Below are positions 15,101-24,625 of a stretch of DNA of 64,000 bases, piece after piece. Every line of letters begins with the position of its first letter. Positions within the stretch are counted from its first letter, which is position 1. The notes beneath the pieces are model-generated. The model saw only the letters and a list, made by a program, of their open reading frames with translations. It was not told where the DNA came from and ran no database searches. The stretch comes from an uncultured Chloroflexia bacterium (GTDB taxonomy: Bacteria; Chloroflexota; Limnocylindria; Limnocylindrales; CSP1-4), in NCBI GenBank assembly GCA_963707215.1, contig CAVPPB010000003.1:759152-823151 (forward strand), read 5' to 3'. Made by a program: the position numbers and the translations under genes.

Positions 15101-16785
15101 ATCTCCTCGTCGAGCTCGCCCACCCGTCGACCGGGCGTGCCGGGCTCGCCGACCATGAAGACCCCGTAGAGGCCTCTGTCGGGGATGGTCCCGCCGCTCG
15201 TGACCGCGACGACCCGGGCGTCGCGGCGGCCCTCGACGACGTCGGTCACCCGGTCCCAGACGACCCGGGGCCTGAGCTCGGCGAACTCGTCGGACGGGTA
15301 GGCCCCGGCCAGCATCCCCAGGACCCCGACCAGGACGTCGCGCGAGAGGGTCTCGAAGGGTGCAGCCCGGGTCACCGTCCCGAGCAGCTCGTCGACGGTC
15401 CAGCGGTCCATGACGGTCATCGCGACGAGCTGCTGGGCCAGCACGTCGAGGGGGTTCCGAGGGACGACGGTCTCCTCGACCGCGCCGGCGTGCATGCGCT
15501 CGGCGACCACCGCCGCCTCGAGGAGGTCGCCGCGGTATTTGGGGAAGACGACGCCCTTCGACGGGGCGCCGACCTGGTGACCGGCCCGGCCGATGCGCTG
15601 GAGCCCCGACGCGACCGAGGTCGGCGCCTCGACCTGGATGACGAGGTCGACGGCGCCCATGTCGATGCCCAGCTCGAGACTCGAGGTCGCCACGAGGGCC
15701 GGCAGCCGGCCCGCCTTGAGCTCCTCCTCGATGGCGAGGCGCTGCTCACGGGCGATCGAGCCGTGATGGGCCCGGACCAGCTCCTCCCCGGCCAGCTCGT
15801 TGAGCCGCTGGGCGAGCCGCTCGGCAAGCCGGCGACTGTTCGTGAAGACGATCGTGCTCCGATGGCCCCGGATCAGCTCGAGGATCCGGGGATGGATCGC
15901 CGGCCAGATGCTGGTCCGCGGCTCTCCCGCGGTGGCGGGACCCCCGGGCTGCTCCTCGAGGGGGATCGGTTCTCCGATCCGCGAAAGGTCCTCGACCGGA
16001 ACGATGACCCGAAGGTCCAGTTCCTTGCGCGTGCCGGCGTCGACGATCTCCACCTCGCGCCCCGGGCCGACGCCGCCGAGGAACCGGGCGATCGTCTCGA
16101 GGGGGCGCTGGGTCGCCGACAGGCCGATCCGCTGCGGCGGCCGCGCGCCGTCAGGCCGGAGCCGCTCGAGCCGCTCGAGGCTCAGGGCCAGGTGGGAACC
16201 GCGCTTCGTCCCGGCGATGGCATGCACTTCGTCGACGACGACCTGCTCAACCCCGGCCAGGATCGACCGGGCCTGGCTGGTCAGGAGGAGGTACAGCGAT
16301 TCCGGCGTCGTGACCAGGATGTCGGGGGGACGGCGGGCGAGCTGGCGGCGATCCTCGGCCGGGGTGTCGCCGGTCCTCGAGCCGATGGTGATGACCGGGA
16401 CGGGCTCGCCCAGGCGCTCCGCCGCGAGGGCGATGCCGGCCAGTGGCGCTCGGAGGTTCCGCTCGACGTCGTAGGCCAGGGCCTTCAGCGGCGAGACGTA
16501 GAGGACGCGGACCGATCCGGGCTGACCCCGGCCGGGCGTCGGCGACGGCGAGCCGGCGAGGCGGTCGAGACACCAGAGGAAGGCGGCGAGGGTCTTGCCG
16601 CTGCCGGTCGGCGCGTGGATCAGCGTGTGGCGACCGTCAGCGATCGCCGCCCAGCCGCGCGCCTGCGCCTCGGTGGGCTCGTGGAACGACGCCTCGAACC
16701 AGGCCCGGACCGGCGGCGAGAAGCGGGCCAGGGGATCGGTCGGGCGGGATGGCCGCGAGTGGCGATCGGACGGGTCGGCGGTCAC
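12166..16785 (-). CDS. lhr: Large ATP-dependent helicase Lhr (long form with C-terminal extension)
   Basis: 1539 aa with Walker A (HAPTGSGKT), DEVH box, SAT, motif VI (QRIGRAGH) and a long C-terminal extension. Domain order and the partnership with nei match Lhr. Confidence 0.85.
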   Translation of the reverse strand: MTADPSDRHSRPSRPTDPLARFSPPVRAWFEASFHEPTEAQARGWAAIADGRHTLIHAPTGSGKTLAAFLWCLDRLAGSPSPTPGRGQPGSVRVLYVSPLKALAYDVERNLRAPLAGIALAAERLGEPVPVITIGSRTGDTPAEDRRQLARRPPDILVTTPESLYLLLTSQARSILAGVEQVVVDEVHAIAGTKRGSHLALSLERLERLRPDGARPPQRIGLSATQRPLETIARFLGGVGPGREVEIVDAGTRKELDLRVIVPVEDLSRIGEPIPLEEQPGGPATAGEPRTSIWPAIHPRILELIRGHRSTIVFTNSRRLAERLAQRLNELAGEELVRAHHGSIAREQRLAIEEELKAGRLPALVATSSLELGIDMGAVDLVIQVEAPTSVASGLQRIGRAGHQVGAPSKGVVFPKYRGDLLEAAVVAERMHAGAVEETVVPRNPLDVLAQQLVAMTVMDRWTVDELLGTVTRAAPFETLSRDVLVGVLGMLAGAYPSDEFAELRPRVVWDRVTDVVEGRRDARVVAVTSGGTIPDRGLYGVFMVGEPGTPGRRVGELDEEMVYESRAGEVITLGASAWRIEEITHDRVIVSPAPGQPGKLPFWHGDAVGRPIELGRAIGGFVREVEDDLGRGARGRTATLRRLRERHDLDELAAENLVAYLEDEREATGALPTDRRIVVERFRDELGDWRLTLLTPFGGRVHAPWTLAIERRLAEHLGTEVQTIWSDDGIAVRLPEGDVDGVEALLFPDPDEIEDLVVGQVADSALFAARFRENAARALLLPRRRPGTRTPLWQQRQRAADLLAVASRYGSFPILVETYRECLADVFDLPALREVLGGIGRREIAVHSVETPRASPFASSLLFDYVAAYMYDGDAPLAERRAQALTLDRDLLRELLGQEELRELLDPEALADLELSLQALDEDRRASGVDGVHDLLRRLGDLSADELVARCDGAPADAAGWAAALEEGRRAVRVRIAGDERWIAIEDVARYRDAVGVQPPVGTPAAFLVPVADPLGGLLARWARSHGPFLAEEPARRWNLPSGVVETALERLMERGAILRGEFRPGGAEREWCDQDVLRRLRRRSLARLRREVEPVDPSALARFLPEWHGVAAVGVARPPMRDLGALERLAEVVDQLVGLPIPASVLERDVLPVRVPGYQPRLLDELGAMGEVAWVGRGSLGRDDGRVVLVRPGREALGARPTDDGPDGVLHEALRDRLARRGASFYRDLASGLGGADREVLDALWDLVWAGEVSNDTFAPLRALRWKRPPRRDRRPRPGRLTGLGPPEAAGRWSLVDRPDQATARDALRAATEHAHLIATTLLERHGVVTRDAVVAEGVEGGFTAAYTVLRSMEEAGRIRRGYFVDGLGAAQFALPGALDRLRSLREPVPGEARVDLLAATDPANAYGSAVPWPRNGEADRHPLARAAGAYVALVEGQPVAYLERGGRSLRMLPAAADAGAADLALRALGELVTSSRVRELVIVRVDGEPVAITSWRPALLAAGFAAGYRGLVLGGARAPGRTGPVRSDRPGATGRT

Positions 16786-16906
16786 GGGACCGCGAGTATA
16801 GGCCCGTCGGCTGAATCAGAACAGATGGTCGATATCGCAGGCCCAGGCCCACCTCAGGGCAGGCGCGGCGCGATCGCACCGGCGCGCAGGCCCCCCTGAC
16901 GCGCGT

Positions 16907-16945
16907 TGCCCGTCCACGCAAGTCTTGCGCAGACGGGCAACCGTA
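16907..16945. promoter_or_regulatory. 39-nt near-perfect palindrome in the lhr upstream / doxX downstream intergenic region
   Basis: GTTGCCCGTC-CA-CGCAAG-T-CTTGCG-CA-GACGGGCAAC. Outer 10-bp arms and inner 6-bp arms are perfectly complementary around a 2x2 mismatch. There is no flanking T/A tract. Its first 19 nt recur at 35382-35400. Confidence 0.3.
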
Positions 16946-16991
16946 TGCGGGGCCCGGGAGCCCCAGGGAGGGCGCGGGCTGCCCCCGGACG

Positions 16992-17582
16992 TCAGGCGGC
17001 CGGGGTGGCCGAAGCGGTCGGGATGAGACCTTCCGGGGTGGCCGGATCACCGGACATCAGGTACCGCCGGACGGAGCCCGGACCGATCTGCTCGGCCAGG
17101 ATGCCGTCGATGCCGAAGTACTTCCCGGCGCCCAAGCCGGCGATCGTCGCGCAGATCAGGGCGTAGGTCAGGTGCTGGTTCGCGACGCCGTAGGCGAAGT
17201 CCCAGGCCGCGACGAAGAAGAACAGCATCATCACCGTGCCCATCGCCGCCCCGAACCGGGTGAGCAGGCCCAGGATGAGCGAAACGCCGATGCCGATCTG
17301 GCCGAGCGGCACGAGCCAGTCGATGACCGTGCTCGCCGCCTCGTTGCCGGCCAGCGCGACCCAGAAGCCCTGCGTCGGGTTGAAGCACTGGCCCTCGGCC
17401 ACCTCGGACACGAACGGCCAGCCCAGCGAGCCGCAGGTGCCGAACTCCAGGAAACCGGCGGCACTCCAGGTCCCCAGGCCGACGCCGATGGCCTTCTCCA
17501 GACCGGCCCACAGGAAGACGATGCCGACGACGACCCGGAGCAGCGCGACGCCGATCCGGTGGTAGCGCTTGTAGATGATCAT
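16992..17582 (-). CDS. DoxX family membrane protein
   Basis: 196 aa, four TMs, YHRIGVALLRVVVGIVFLWAGLEK-type N-terminus typical of DoxX. Confidence 0.65.
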   Translation of the reverse strand: MIIYKRYHRIGVALLRVVVGIVFLWAGLEKAIGVGLGTWSAAGFLEFGTCGSLGWPFVSEVAEGQCFNPTQGFWVALAGNEAASTVIDWLVPLGQIGIGVSLILGLLTRFGAAMGTVMMLFFFVAAWDFAYGVANQHLTYALICATIAGLGAGKYFGIDGILAEQIGPGSVRRYLMSGDPATPEGLIPTASATPAA

Positions 17583-17810
17583 CTAGGGTGGTTCTCCTGC
17601 TCTGATCAGACCACGACCGCTCGGGCGGGTCGTGCCGGCGGCGTTCGCCGGGCATGCGAAAGGGCGACGCCCGCTCCCCCCAAGGGCGATCGCCATGATC
17701 CGTCCGGGACGTTCGGATGAACGTCCGGGGTTCCTTCGAGCCCCGAACCGGCCTCCATCCGGTCGTGCTGCCCGATCGAAATGGGACGCCGGATCGGGCC
17801 GTCGGCACGC

Positions 17811-19559
17811 CTAGATGGTACGGACGAACGCAAGGGCCGTCGGGTCGGCCGCGCGAACGTCCGACGGCAGGGCATCGTCACGGAAGCCGGCCGCCTCCAG
17901 GACCCTCCTGGCGGTCGCCCGGCGGTCCTCGACCGGGATGGGATCGATCGGGTCGCGCTCGGCCACGGTGACCTCGGCGCGGACGACCGCGTCCCCTGGT
18001 CGCAGGGTCGCCAGGTGCTCCGAGAGCAGCCGGCGGCCCAGGCCGGATCGCCGGGCAGCTGGCGCGATCCCGAGCGCGAGGATGTCCCGGCGACCCGGCG
18101 CCTCGTGGCCCACCGACGAGACCACGAGGCCGACGACCGTCGTCCCGTCGATCGCCGCGCTGACCTGCGTCCCGGGACTCGAGCGCAGCGCGGCCACGAG
18201 GAGGGCACGGACGGCCCCGGGGTCGCTCGGCGCGACGACGCGCGGCGCGACCGTCAGCCGCTCGAGCGCTGCGGCATCGACCGTCGGCAGGAGCGCGGGT
18301 CGGCCGCGCAGCGGGAGCTCGGCGCCGCCCGGGGCCGCCGCGGCGGCGACTGCCGTCACCGAAGGCTGCAGCGGATCCCACCAGCCCCTGTCAGCGGCCT
18401 CCCGCACGAGCCTGGGCACGGTGATCCGTCGCGAGAGTTCGCCCGTGACCGCTGAGCGGCGCTCGGCGTCTTCCTGGAGGCTCGTCCGCTCGAGCCCGGC
18501 GTTCGGCGGGTCGTCGAAAGCCTCGGGAAGCGGCACCTGCCCGTAGCGGGCCGCCTCCGCCGACCATCGCTCGCGCCAGGCGGACGGGATCGACGCCGGA
18601 GGCTCCCGGTGGGCCCCGGCCAGCCAGGTGAGGGCCCACGCCCTCGGGACGACCCGGTAGGCGTCGTAGCCCCCTCCGCCCGTCGCCAGCCACCGCCCGG
18701 AGGCCCAGCGGTGAGCGACGGCATCGACGATCCGGGCCGCCGCGCCCATGGCCGTCGTCGTGACCCGGAGGTGGGCCAGCGGATCGAAGGCATGGCTGTC
18801 GGCTCCGTGCTGGCTGACCACCAGGTCCGGGCCGAAGGCGGCCGCCAGCTCGGGTACCAGGCGGCTGACGACCTCGAGCCAGACCGTCTCCCCCGTCGGT
18901 GGCTCGAGCGGCACGTTCACGCTCGTGCCGGCCGCCGCTCCGCCACCGAGCTCGTCGACGAAACCGGTCCCGGGGAAGAGGTGGCGACCCGATTCGTGGA
19001 TCGAGAACGTCAGCACACCGGGGTCGGCGCCATGGATCGCCTGGACGCCATCACCGTGATGGACGTCGAGGTCCACGTAGAGAACGCGCATCCCGGCCGC
19101 GCGGGCCCGGGCGATCGCCAGGGCCGGGTCGTCGTAGACGCAGAAACCGGAGCCCCGGGCCCGCATGGCGTGATGCAGGCCGCCGCCCGGGTGATGGGCG
19201 TGCTCGACGTCCCCCCGGAGGATGGCCTCCACCGCCCGGAGCGAACCCCCGGCGACGGCCGCCGACGCATCGTGCATGCCCGCGAAGGCCGGGGTGTCGC
19301 CGGGCCCGATCCCGAACGCGGGCTCGGCGTCCGGATCGAGCGCGAACCGCTGGACCGCCTGGACGTACTCGATGGCGTGGCAGGCGAGCAGCTCGTCGAC
19401 CCGGGCTGGCTCCGGAGCCAGCCCGGGCTCGGCTCCCACGGCACGCAGCAGGTCGATGCCGGGCCCGAAGCGCCGGGGCGTGAGCGGATGCCCCGGTCCG
19501 AAGTCGTACGTCGTCGAACGGGGGCCGAAGACGAGGAGCGGCCGGGACGGTCCGGTCAT
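17811..19559 (-). CDS. Histone-deacetylase family (AcuC-like) protein with a C-terminal GNAT acetyltransferase-like domain
   Basis: The N-terminal ~390 aa carry HDAC motifs (HHGGGLHHA, DLDVHHGDG, GGGGY). The C-terminal ~190 aa contain a GNAT motif-A-like stretch (DILALGIAPAARRSGLGRRLLSEHL) preceded by beta strands (TVVGLVVSSVGHE). The whole gene is one uninterrupted frame. Confidence 0.6.
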   Translation of the reverse strand: MTGPSRPLLVFGPRSTTYDFGPGHPLTPRRFGPGIDLLRAVGAEPGLAPEPARVDELLACHAIEYVQAVQRFALDPDAEPAFGIGPGDTPAFAGMHDASAAVAGGSLRAVEAILRGDVEHAHHPGGGLHHAMRARGSGFCVYDDPALAIARARAAGMRVLYVDLDVHHGDGVQAIHGADPGVLTFSIHESGRHLFPGTGFVDELGGGAAAGTSVNVPLEPPTGETVWLEVVSRLVPELAAAFGPDLVVSQHGADSHAFDPLAHLRVTTTAMGAAARIVDAVAHRWASGRWLATGGGGYDAYRVVPRAWALTWLAGAHREPPASIPSAWRERWSAEAARYGQVPLPEAFDDPPNAGLERTSLQEDAERRSAVTGELSRRITVPRLVREAADRGWWDPLQPSVTAVAAAAAPGGAELPLRGRPALLPTVDAAALERLTVAPRVVAPSDPGAVRALLVAALRSSPGTQVSAAIDGTTVVGLVVSSVGHEAPGRRDILALGIAPAARRSGLGRRLLSEHLATLRPGDAVVRAEVTVAERDPIDPIPVEDRRATARRVLEAAGFRDDALPSDVRAADPTALAFVRTI

Positions 19560-19621
19560 GGCCGCACGATAGCGTGAGGCGCCATCCGCCCGGCCGGTCC
19601 CCGACCCGCTACCATGCGGGC

Positions 19622-19822
19622 ATGCCCGTCGACCTGATCGTCGTCCTCCTCGTCATCCTGGCCATCGTGCTGATCTGGCGCGGCCCCAAGACGTTGCCGA
19701 AGCTCGGCGAGGCGCTCGGGCGCGGGGTCAAGGAAGCGCGCAAGGAAGCGTCCGAGATCCAGGACGACCTGTCCAAGAAGCAGGACGGGCCGGACGACAC
19801 GCAGGGCTCCGCGTCGAGCTGA
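19622..19822 (+). CDS. tatA: Twin-arginine translocase subunit TatA/E
   Basis: MPVDLIVVLLVILAIVLIWRGPKTLPKLGEALGRGVKEARKEA: TM helix, then a conserved G-x-K-x-L-P-x-L-G amphipathic region and an acidic tail. The track ORF starts earlier (19574), but the ATG at 19622 fits TatA length. Confidence 0.75.
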   Translation: MPVDLIVVLLVILAIVLIWRGPKTLPKLGEALGRGVKEARKEASEIQDDLSKKQDGPDDTQGSASS

Positions 19823-19842
19823 GGCCGCCGCCTCGATCCGAC

Positions 19843-20181
19843 TCAGTCCGTGGCGGCCGAGACCTCACCCGCGACCCACTCCAGGTAGCCGGCGCTGCCC
19901 TCCTGGACCGGGACGGCGATGAGCTCCGGCTCGTCGTACGGATGGCCCTCGCGGATCGCCTGCTCGACGCGCGGCCAGGCGGCGGCGGTCGTCTTGACCA
20001 GCAGGAGCCATTCCTCGGCCAATTCGATGACGCCGCGCCAGCGGTAGCGACTTCGGACGGGCCCGATCACCTGTGCGCAGGCTGCCAGGCCGCCATCGAC
20101 AAGGAGCTCGGCCAGGCGGTCCGCGTCGGCAGGGTCACCGACGGTCGTCTGGACCTGGAGGACCAGGGGGACATCACTCAT
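19843..20181 (-). CDS. cutA: Divalent-cation tolerance protein CutA
   Basis: 113 aa from MSDVPLVLQVQTTVGD..., ending AGYLEWV, which is typical of CutA1. The upstream part of the track ORF is junk. Confidence 0.7.
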   Translation of the reverse strand: MSDVPLVLQVQTTVGDPADADRLAELLVDGGLAACAQVIGPVRSRYRWRGVIELAEEWLLLVKTTAAAWPRVEQAIREGHPYDEPELIAVPVQEGSAGYLEWVAGEVSAATD

Positions 20182-20191
20182 CGGACCGAGT

Positions 20192-21565
20192 CTAGTCGAC
20201 CGGCAGCCTGATCTCGGCAGCCGAGATCGACCGCTCCACGGCGGCTCCCTCGACCGGCTCGCCGTGCGCCGGCAGGAGCCGACGCGGCTCGAGGGCCCGA
20301 AGTCGAGCGAGCGACCGGCGCCAGGCGACCGGGTCATGCGGACCCCGGACCGATCGCGACGGGGGCGGCCCGACCAGGTCGCCGACGATCGCCGAAGCGG
20401 AGGCGGGGACCCACAGGATCAGGTGCTCCGGACGCGGCCCAGGGGCTGCCACCGCGACGATGCGGACGTCACCCGACGGCACCATGGCCCCATCGGCGAG
20501 GGGCTCGACGGGGAACGGCAGCCACCGGCCCGCACCGTCGGCTCCATGGACCAGCAGCTCGAGGCCGTCGCGGAGGGACTCCGCGCCGCCGGCGTGGTCG
20601 GGATCGGGAGCCGTGAGGGCGATGGCTCCGATCGTCGCCCCGTCGGCGGCCGTGGCCTCGACCAGGGCAAGCAGTGACTCCTCGGACGGATCGCCAGGAT
20701 CGACGACGACGCGCTCGCGCCCGCCGACGACGTACGTCCGGACCTCGAGCCCGTCGACGCCGGCAGCCCCGGGCATCGTCACCCCGACGATGTCCGGGGC
20801 GACCTCGGCGACCGTCGGCAGCCCCGCCGGCCCCGGCACCAGCTCCAGGACGTCGGCCGGGCCCCGGACATGCTCGAGCCGCTGGAGGTTCGCCGACGTC
20901 GGCAGCCACATCGGGATCGAGCGGTCGGCTGATCCGCGGAGCGCCGCGCCGGGCCGGATCCAGCGGTGGGCAGCGACCTCCTCGCCGAGGAGACTGGGCT
21001 CGGCAGCGTCCGGCAGCCAGGCGGCGAAGAACCTGGCGTCGTAGCGCCTCGGCAGGACGGGCGGCGTGACCCAGCGGGAGAGCGGGACCAGCAGGTCGGT
21101 CCGAAGCTCCAGGTCCCACTCGGCCACCAGGGTCGCGAACGGCTCCCCGGCCAGTGCTCGCTCTCGCAGCCGGGCCACCCGAGCCGGATCGACGGTCACG
21201 GCCGCGCCCCCGGGCCGCTGCGTCCCGGTCGGCTCGGCCAGCAGGACTCCGGCTTCCTCGACGAGCTCACGGATCGCGGCGACGTGGAGGGCCAGTGCCG
21301 CCTCGGCCGGCGACGAGCCTCCGAGACGCTCGGCCGCGTCGGACGCTGAGAGCCGGGAACGCCGCAGCAGCGCCGGATCGGCATCGTCGGGATCGACGGC
21401 TCCGCCGGGGAACACGTGGACGTCCGGAGCGAAGGCCATCGAGGACGGGCGATGGGCGAGCAGCACCTCGGGGCCACCGCGGCCCGCGCGCAGCAGCACG
21501 ACGGTCGCCGCCGCCCGAGGCACGACGTGTGCGAATGAGCCCAGCGACCGCTCGGGAAACGTCAC
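20192..21565 (-). CDS. NUDIX hydrolase fused to an MBL-fold metallo-hydrolase domain
   Basis: NUDIX box GGAVDP...AAIRELVEEAGV in the N-terminal half. The C-terminal half has an MBL-like H-x-H-x-D motif variant (LTAPDPDHAGG) and a downstream His/Asp. Start tentatively the GTG at 21565 (VTFPERS), because the track ORF's N-terminus overlaps the neighbouring GNAT gene. Confidence 0.55.
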   Translation of the reverse strand: MTFPERSLGSFAHVVPRAAATVVLLRAGRGGPEVLLAHRPSSMAFAPDVHVFPGGAVDPDDADPALLRRSRLSASDAAERLGGSSPAEAALALHVAAIRELVEEAGVLLAEPTGTQRPGGAAVTVDPARVARLRERALAGEPFATLVAEWDLELRTDLLVPLSRWVTPPVLPRRYDARFFAAWLPDAAEPSLLGEEVAAHRWIRPGAALRGSADRSIPMWLPTSANLQRLEHVRGPADVLELVPGPAGLPTVAEVAPDIVGVTMPGAAGVDGLEVRTYVVGGRERVVVDPGDPSEESLLALVEATAADGATIGAIALTAPDPDHAGGAESLRDGLELLVHGADGAGRWLPFPVEPLADGAMVPSGDVRIVAVAAPGPRPEHLILWVPASASAIVGDLVGPPPSRSVRGPHDPVAWRRSLARLRALEPRRLLPAHGEPVEGAAVERSISAAEIRLPVD

Positions 21566-21581
21566 GGCTCGAGGGCCACGC

Positions 21582-22079
21582 TCAGGACCCGAGCTCCATC
21601 GAGAAGCCCCAGAGCCACCGGCCGGGCTCGAACTCCCAGTCGTTGACCTCGTCGCGCACGAACCCGGTCCCAGCGTAGAGGGCATGGGCCGCGGTCATCG
21701 TCGGCAGGGTCAGCAGGACCAGCCGCCGCTTGCCGGCCAGCCGGGCTCGCTCGATGCAGGCCTCGACGAGCGCCCGACCGACCCCGCGGCCCTGGGCTTC
21801 GGGCGCCACCGCCAGCATCCGAAAGCCCGCCTCGTCCTCGCGCTCCCCCTCGGCGAGCGGACCTGGACCCGGCACGTAGGCCACGCCCCCGAGGACCCGT
21901 CGATCGGTCGCATCGACGGCGACGAGCACCGGCACCAGGGCGGCCCGTCCGGCCACGTCGGCCAGTTCCTCGAGGTAGTCGGCGTGCTCACCGGCTCCTG
22001 GCACCTGGAGGTACGCGTCGAGGGTGATCCGCGCGAGCGCCTCGTGCTCATCGGGCAAGATCTCGCGGACCTCGATCAC
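21582..22079 (-). CDS. GNAT family N-acetyltransferase
   Basis: 165 aa with motif A ([17 protein letters not shown]). The GTG start overlaps the upstream gene's TGA (GTGA at 22076-22079). Confidence 0.7.
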   Translation of the reverse strand: MIEVREILPDEHEALARITLDAYLQVPGAGEHADYLEELADVAGRAALVPVLVAVDATDRRVLGGVAYVPGPGPLAEGEREDEAGFRMLAVAPEAQGRGVGRALVEACIERARLAGKRRLVLLTLPTMTAAHALYAGTGFVRDEVNDWEFEPGRWLWGFSMELGS

Positions 22080-24253
22080 CCGGCGCCGCCCCCGACGAGC
22101 AACGCCTCCAGGGCCTCCGGCTCGTTGACGGGCTGGCGACAGGCGAAGTCCCGGCAGACGAACGCCGTGGGCCGATCGTTGAGGGTGAAGCGACCGCCCA
22201 TCAGCGGGACCTGGCTCGCGGCCGGGAGCGCCGCGCAGGCGACCACCCGGCGCGGCCGGAAGCCCTCGAAGACCGGCGCCAGGAGTCGGGCCGTGGCGGG
22301 ATCGGCCGGATCACCGACCACCGCGACCTCCTGGAGGCCGGCACTGGCAAGGTCCGCCGCGATCAGCCACTGGGCGAACGCGGACGGATGGCGCCCCAGG
22401 TACGGGCCGACCGATCGCAGGGCTGCCTCGGCCGCCTCTCGGTAGGACGGATCGCCGGTCAGCGCGGCGAGCTTCAGGAGGACCGTCGTCGCCATGGCTC
22501 CCCCGGACGGGGTCGCGTTGTCCTGGATGTCGCGGGGTCGCGCAACGAGCCGTTCGTGATCGTCGGCGACATCGAAGAAACCGCCCGCTGGGTCGGCGAA
22601 GTGGCGCATGACGGTGTGGATCAGCTCGCGCGCGGTGACGAACCAGCGTTCCTCGAACGTCGCCTCGTACAGGGCGAGCAGACCCTCGGCGAGATCGGCG
22701 TGATCCTCGAGGACGCCCGGCGCGCTGGCCCGCCCATCCTTCCAGGACCGCCGCAGGCGCCCGTCCCCGTCGAGGAGACCGTCGGTGATGACCTCGGCCG
22801 CTCGGACCGCCGCGACCCGGAGACCATCCGCGAGGCTGGCGATCTCGGGCTCCGGCTCGAGTTCGACCGCCCGGGCGGCCTCGGCGAAGGCGGCGATCGC
22901 GAGGCCGTTCCAGGCGGCGATGGCCTTGTCGTCGCGGGCCGGCTGGGGCCGTCTGCTGCGGGCCTCGAGAAGGACCGACCGGGCGCGGGACAGGCGGGCG
23001 TCGATCTCGTCGGGGTCCAGGTGAAACCGCTCAGCGAGCACGTCGCTGTCGAGCACCCTGGCCAGGATCGTGCGTCCCTCCCAGTTGCCATGGGGCGTCA
23101 CCCCGTAGGCCTCGACCGCGAGCGGGACGTCGTCCCCGAGTCCGGCCTCCGTGAGGACCGAGATGAGCTCGACGGCGTCCCAGGTGAAGGTCGCGCCCTC
23201 GACGCCGTCGGTGTCGGCATCCTGGCTGGCCGCGAACGCCCCATCGGCGGTGGTCAGCTCTCGACGCAGGTAGCCCAGAGCGCCCAGGGCGACGTCGAGG
23301 TAGCGGCGGTCGCCGGTCACCTGCCAGGCATGCAGGTAGGCGCGAGCGAGCTGGGCGTTGTCGTAGAGCATCTGCTCGAAGTGCGGCACCAGCCAGACCG
23401 CGTCGGTCGAGTAGCGGTGGAACCCGCCGCCGAGCTGGTCGCGGACCCCGCCGTCGGCCATCCTGTCGAGGCTGCGGCGGGCGATGGCAAGCGCTCGATC
23501 GTCGCCACCGATGGCCCGCCGGAGGAGGAAGTCGATCGCCATCGGCTGGGGGAACTTGGGCGCGCTCCCCCACCCGCCGTTGGCGAGGTCGAAGCTCGAC
23601 TCGAGACCGGCGACCGCGGTGAGCAGAGTCAGCGCATCCGGCAGCGGCGCCCCGTCGTCGGCCGCGGCCACTTGCTGGGCGATGAGCGCCTCGACGAGCC
23701 GGGAGCCGGCCCGCTCGACCTCGTCGCGCTGCTCGTCCCAGGCCCTCCGAACGCCGGCCAGGACCTGCCGGAAGCTGGGCATCCCGTGGCGGGGCTGGTC
23801 GGGGAAGTAGGTCCCCCCGAAGAACGGCCTGCCATCGGGGGTCAGGAAGACGGACATCGGCCAGCCACCCTGGCCGGTCATCGCGACCACGGCCGTCATG
23901 TAGAGCTGGTCGATGTCGGGCCGCTCCTCGCGGTCGACCTTGATAGCGACGAACCCCTCGTTCAGGTCGGCGGCGGTCGCCTCGTCCTCGAAGCTCTCTC
24001 GCTCCATGACATGACACCAGTGGCAGGCCGCGTAGCCGATCGAGAGGAAGATCGGCTTGCCTTCGTCGCGGGCCCGTTCCAGCGCTTCGTCGCCCCAGGG
24101 GTACCAGTCGACCGGGTTGTGGGCGTGCTGGAGGAGGTACGGGCTCGTCTCGCCGATCAGCCGGTTGGCACTCTGCCCGACCCGGGCCTCGACGAGGGGA
24201 TGTCCCGTCGGAGCCTGGGCCGGCGGATCCTCCGGGCGATCGCTGGCAGGCAC
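22076..24253 (-). CDS. Thioredoxin-domain protein, DUF255 / YyaL (N-acylglucosamine-epimerase-like) family
   Basis: [56 protein letters not shown] is the hallmark DUF255 thioredoxin-like N-terminus (CHWCH). It is followed by a long alpha/alpha-toroid region. Start approximated at the GTG at 24253. Upstream of that, the track ORF is Arg-rich junk. Confidence 0.65.
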   Translation of the reverse strand: MPASDRPEDPPAQAPTGHPLVEARVGQSANRLIGETSPYLLQHAHNPVDWYPWGDEALERARDEGKPIFLSIGYAACHWCHVMERESFEDEATAADLNEGFVAIKVDREERPDIDQLYMTAVVAMTGQGGWPMSVFLTPDGRPFFGGTYFPDQPRHGMPSFRQVLAGVRRAWDEQRDEVERAGSRLVEALIAQQVAAADDGAPLPDALTLLTAVAGLESSFDLANGGWGSAPKFPQPMAIDFLLRRAIGGDDRALAIARRSLDRMADGGVRDQLGGGFHRYSTDAVWLVPHFEQMLYDNAQLARAYLHAWQVTGDRRYLDVALGALGYLRRELTTADGAFAASQDADTDGVEGATFTWDAVELISVLTEAGLGDDVPLAVEAYGVTPHGNWEGRTILARVLDSDVLAERFHLDPDEIDARLSRARSVLLEARSRRPQPARDDKAIAAWNGLAIAAFAEAARAVELEPEPEIASLADGLRVAAVRAAEVITDGLLDGDGRLRRSWKDGRASAPGVLEDHADLAEGLLALYEATFEERWFVTARELIHTVMRHFADPAGGFFDVADDHERLVARPRDIQDNATPSGGAMATTVLLKLAALTGDPSYREAAEAALRSVGPYLGRHPSAFAQWLIAADLASAGLQEVAVVGDPADPATARLLAPVFEGFRPRRVVACAALPAASQVPLMGGRFTLNDRPTAFVCRDFACRQPVNEPEALEALLVGGGAG

Positions 24254-24625
24254 AGCCGGATGGTACCGCGCCCCACGATGGCCGGCGGTCAGCGGATACC
24301 GAACCTGCCGTCCTCGGGGGCACGACCTGGGTCGGCGAGCCCGGCCGGACCGTCGGAGGGACCGACGAAGTCCCGGCGGTCCGGCCAGCTCGCCCGGGGC
24401 CCCGGAGACCGACGGGCCGTTCGGCCGCGGCCGGGTCACTCGCGACCCCGATCTCGTGGACCACCGACGCGGCCGGTTCCCCCCATCCGCGACGGTGGTC
24501 CGCCATGGACGACGCGGGTCGCCGCGCGGCGTTGCAGGTTCTCGCCGATGCCGGTTCACGGCCGTGGCCACGCGTCGCCGCCGGATCCGCCGTGATCCGC
24601 GGTGATCCGCGGTACGCTCCGCGCG

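Noticed and set aside
16925-16960. CCGTATGCGGGGCCCGGGAGCCCC resembling the 5' part of a group II intron domain V
   Set aside because: Lacks the GNRA-capped helix and the 3' ACGUACGG strand. It is part of the palindrome region instead.
17700-17722. Perfect 8-bp hairpin GGACGTTC-GGAT-GAACGTCC downstream of the deacetylase-GNAT gene as an intrinsic terminator
   Set aside because: No U-tract on either strand after the stem. Kept only as a possible stem-loop.
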